Below are positions 26,989 through 29,231 of a stretch of DNA of 29,231 bases, in pieces. The stretch comes from Verrucomicrobiota bacterium (GTDB lineage: Bacteria > Verrucomicrobiota > Verrucomicrobiia > Chthoniobacterales > UBA10450), in NCBI GenBank assembly GCA_003219925.1, contig QHQU01000018.1, positions 1 to 29,231 of the forward strand, written 5' to 3'. Numbering within the stretch: the first letter of the stretch is position 1; each line of letters begins with the position of its first letter. The notes beneath the pieces were generated by a model. The model saw only the letters and a program-made list of their open reading frames with translations. It was not told the origin of the DNA and did not search any database. A program made the translations under genes and the position numbers.

Positions 26989-28695
26989 TCAGCGAAACCG
27001 GGCCATATAGTATTTGGCTGGCGGCACATAATCAACCGCCCAGGGGAGCGGTCCGTGCACACTGCTGTAAAACCCGGCCCCAGTATCGGCTGCATGTGTG
27101 GTGAAGAAGGGAAAGCTCGGAAACGTTAACTCTTCAATCGGGAAAATGCGGTCAGAAGAGAGCGGGACAACGCCGGTGTTGTTTGCCGGGATCAGCATCA
27201 CATCGCCGGAATAAATTTCTGAGCGCGCAAGGTTAAGCGGACGTGCACCCCATTGCTGAAGGTAATATTGAAAACCCCAGTGGCTCTGAAACCAAACCGT
27301 TCCCAGTTCGGCGGCAAAACGCTCGCGGAAAACTTCGGTGACTTTTCGCACGACCTGGGCCTCACGGAAATCAGAAGCGGCCAGGAGGAGCGAGAGCCCG
27401 GCAGCGGCGATTAGCCGCCAATGGGCAGAGGACGGTCTTCCCCAGTTGAAATTACGCGCGAACAGAATCGCAACCGCAGGAACCATCGGCAAGATCGTGC
27501 GGGCGGTGATGGACCAGTTGAAAAAGATCGAGAACAAAAATGTCCCGATTACCCAGAGACAGAGATGAAGCGAATCGGCATCACGTTTTCGCCAAAGATC
27601 GATGAGGGCAAGGGCAAGAATACCGAGGCCCGCCGCGGCAAAAGCCGCGCCTTCGGCACAGATCAAAGCGTTGTTTACCTGGTAGTGGGATTGCCTTGGG
27701 ACAAAGAAATAGAATGCAGCAACCAAGGCGAGAAACAGTAGGATTGCGGCGCCGATGAGAAAACGGCACCATCGTATCGGGACAAAAAATGCAACGCTAA
27801 AGATGCAGCCCCCGACAAAAGCGAGACCGGTAAATATTTGTGCGGGCAGTGGAACCTTATATTTGGCGGCGACCTCTCGCGAGTAATTAGCCGCACTGAC
27901 AAAAAGGGCGTGCCCATACTGCGCCTGGCTCAGAAAGTCGTAAAGGGCGACTGCGACAATTGGAAAGCAAAACCAAAGCAATTGTGCCCAGCAGCGTCGG
28001 TCGTGCGCCAGTGTGTAGACGGCAAGCAGCGGCAAAAGAGTGATGCCGAAATATTTGGTCAGGACGGCGGCGGAAACGAAAAGCATCGCGAGTGCGAGAA
28101 GCCACCAGCGTTTTTGATCGAGCCCGCGAATCCAGAGCTCCATCGACCAAACGTAGAATGCCAGGAGCATGACATCGCACATGACGCTGGTGGCGGAGAC
28201 GAAAAAGGCTGGAGCGAACAGAGTAAGCAACGCCGCGGCGAAAGGAACATAAACCTTCGGGCGGTCGTGCCACCGGACGCTCGGATTGCCGGGAATGCTC
28301 TCTGCAGCCCCGAATGCTTTCGGGGCTGGGCGCACAGACTGGAAGTCCAGCTTCCGACAGAAGCGCTGGCCGAGCGTGAACGTGCCGAGAACGGCCGCCA
28401 CCGCCCAAGGCAGGAACGCGGCATGAAGTATAACCTCACTCCAACCAAAAACGGATGCAACGCTGGCAATGAAACAGGAACAGAGTGGCGGGTTCTGCAT
28501 TGCATGCCACATCGGCTCAGGCGCACCTGTCCAATTGACTGAAAAGCCAAAGGGATCCAAAGGATGCGCTGCGATCTGCTGTGCGGTCCACAAAAAGAGC
28601 GGATCATCGATGTTAAATTGCTTGTTCAGAAAAGGCGCGAGACCCGCGAGCGTGATCAAAGCGAGGGATAATTGGGCTTTGCGCGATGGTTCCAT
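26989..28695 (-). CDS. ArnT/PMT-like (GT83/GT39-type) membrane glycosyltransferase
   Basis: NIDDPLF after TM1, QNPPL, MCDV, LTKY, more than 10 TM segments and a C-terminal soluble domain. Confidence 0.8.
   Translation of the reverse strand: MEPSRKAQLSLALITLAGLAPFLNKQFNIDDPLFLWTAQQIAAHPLDPFGFSVNWTGAPEPMWHAMQNPPLCSCFIASVASVFGWSEVILHAAFLPWAVAAVLGTFTLGQRFCRKLDFQSVRPAPKAFGAAESIPGNPSVRWHDRPKVYVPFAAALLTLFAPAFFVSATSVMCDVMLLAFYVWSMELWIRGLDQKRWWLLALAMLFVSAAVLTKYFGITLLPLLAVYTLAHDRRCWAQLLWFCFPIVAVALYDFLSQAQYGHALFVSAANYSREVAAKYKVPLPAQIFTGLAFVGGCIFSVAFFVPIRWCRFLIGAAILLFLALVAAFYFFVPRQSHYQVNNALICAEGAAFAAAGLGILALALIDLWRKRDADSLHLCLWVIGTFLFSIFFNWSITARTILPMVPAVAILFARNFNWGRPSSAHWRLIAAAGLSLLLAASDFREAQVVRKVTEVFRERFAAELGTVWFQSHWGFQYYLQQWGARPLNLARSEIYSGDVMLIPANNTGVVPLSSDRIFPIEELTFPSFPFFTTHAADTGAGFYSSVHGPLPWAVDYVPPAKYYMARFR
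28244..28355 (-). repeat. Family B REPIN inserted in frame in the ArnT-like gene
   Basis: Homologous to 7937-8043: same GGAA...TGTTCC ends and an exact 14-mer CAGTCTGTGCGCCC. Contains the perfect hairpin CAGCCCCGAA-TGCT-TTCGGGGCTG. Confidence 0.85.
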
Positions 28696-28794
28696 GAAAA
28701 AACGAAAGCGATCTTACGCCAACGCGGCATTGCAAGCGATGGATTGGATCGCTTTCACTTCGCGCGCCTTGTGATTTTTCGTCCCACTTAAAAA

Positions 28795-28822
28795 TTGCAG
28801 GCGACGCGGGTCGGCTTAAGCT
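28795..28822 (+). promoter_or_regulatory. Candidate promoter of yajC-secD
   Basis: TTGCAG-N16-TAAGCT, same geometry as the rpsL promoter candidate. Confidence 0.45.
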
Positions 28823-28843
28823 CCGATTCCCGTCTACTACCTG

Positions 28844-29173
28844 ATGATTTTACTCACGCTCTTAGCTCAAGCGCAGACCACCGCGCCTAGTAGCGCGGCC
28901 AGTCCCGGCGGCGGATTCAATCTTTTCGTCCCTCTCATCTTCGTCTTGATCATCTTCTATTTAATTGGAATTCGCCCGCAGGCGCGCCGGCAAAAGGAAC
29001 AGCAGCAATTAATCAGTGCGCTCAAAACCGGTGATCGCGTCGTAACGAGTTCGGGCATTCACGGTCTGATTGCTAATGTGAAAGATTCCACGGTGATCGT
29101 AAAAGTTGCCGATAACGTGAAGATCGAGATGGAAAAATCGGCCATCGCGAGCGTTGCGAAGGCAACGGAGTGA
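28844..29173 (+). CDS. yajC: Preprotein translocase subunit YajC
   Basis: FYLIGIRPQARRQKE, LKTGDRVVTSSGIHG, VKVADNVKIEM; near tgt. Confidence 0.95.
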   Translation: MILLTLLAQAQTTAPSSAASPGGGFNLFVPLIFVLIIFYLIGIRPQARRQKEQQQLISALKTGDRVVTSSGIHGLIANVKDSTVIVKVADNVKIEMEKSAIASVAKATE

Positions 29174-29209
29174 GGGGGTGACCGCCAAGATTCACAAACG
29201 GCGCTTAGA

Positions 29210-29231
29210 ATGAGTCCCGCATTCACATTTT
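29210..29231 (+). CDS. Probable start of secD/secDF (truncated by window end)
   Basis: ATG followed by SPAFTF, 36 nt after yajC. Identity inferred only from the usual tgt-yajC-secD order. Confidence 0.4.

Noticed and set aside
22401-28695. Idea that the glycosyltransferases next to tgt glycosylate queuosine
   Set aside because: GT-C enzymes use lipid-linked donors on the extracytoplasmic side, while tRNA is cytoplasmic. tgt-yajC-secD is a common conserved locus, so the proximity is probably incidental.
29200-29212. TAGAAT as a -10 box for secD
   Set aside because: It overlaps the ATG itself and has no -35 at a suitable spacing.

Overview
Bacterial chromosome segment, most likely PVC superphylum and probably Verrucomicrobiota/Chthoniobacterales (inferred from gene order and protein style; no search was run). 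Bases 1-16918 hold a minus-strand ribosomal superoperon: rpsL-rpsG-fusA, the S10 cluster, the spc cluster, then secY-adk-map-infA-rpmJ-rpsM. It lacks tuf, rpsN and rpmD and carries one non-ribosomal gene (predicted exported coiled-coil protein) between rpsS and rplV. Divergent from it is a plus-strand operon led by a GbsR/MarR regulator: a DCC thiol-disulfide oxidoreductase fused to an MBOAT acyltransferase, two paralogous 4-TM proteins, a TIGR01777 NAD-dependent epimerase, DUF2071/YqjF and a DoxX-like protein. Three GT-C-like membrane glycosyltransferases (two are a tandem duplication) surround tgt, followed by yajC and a probable secD start. The most striking signals are non-genic. Several families of short palindromic REP/REPIN-like elements sit between ribosomal genes and also in frame inside protein-coding genes (tgt, the ArnT-like gene, the MBOAT linker, possibly the L5 tail). 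A heptamer array sets the reading frame between an rpsS-coupled ATG and the inserted gene. SecY has an apparent 11th transmembrane helix. No rRNA, tRNA, CRISPR array or transposase was seen.
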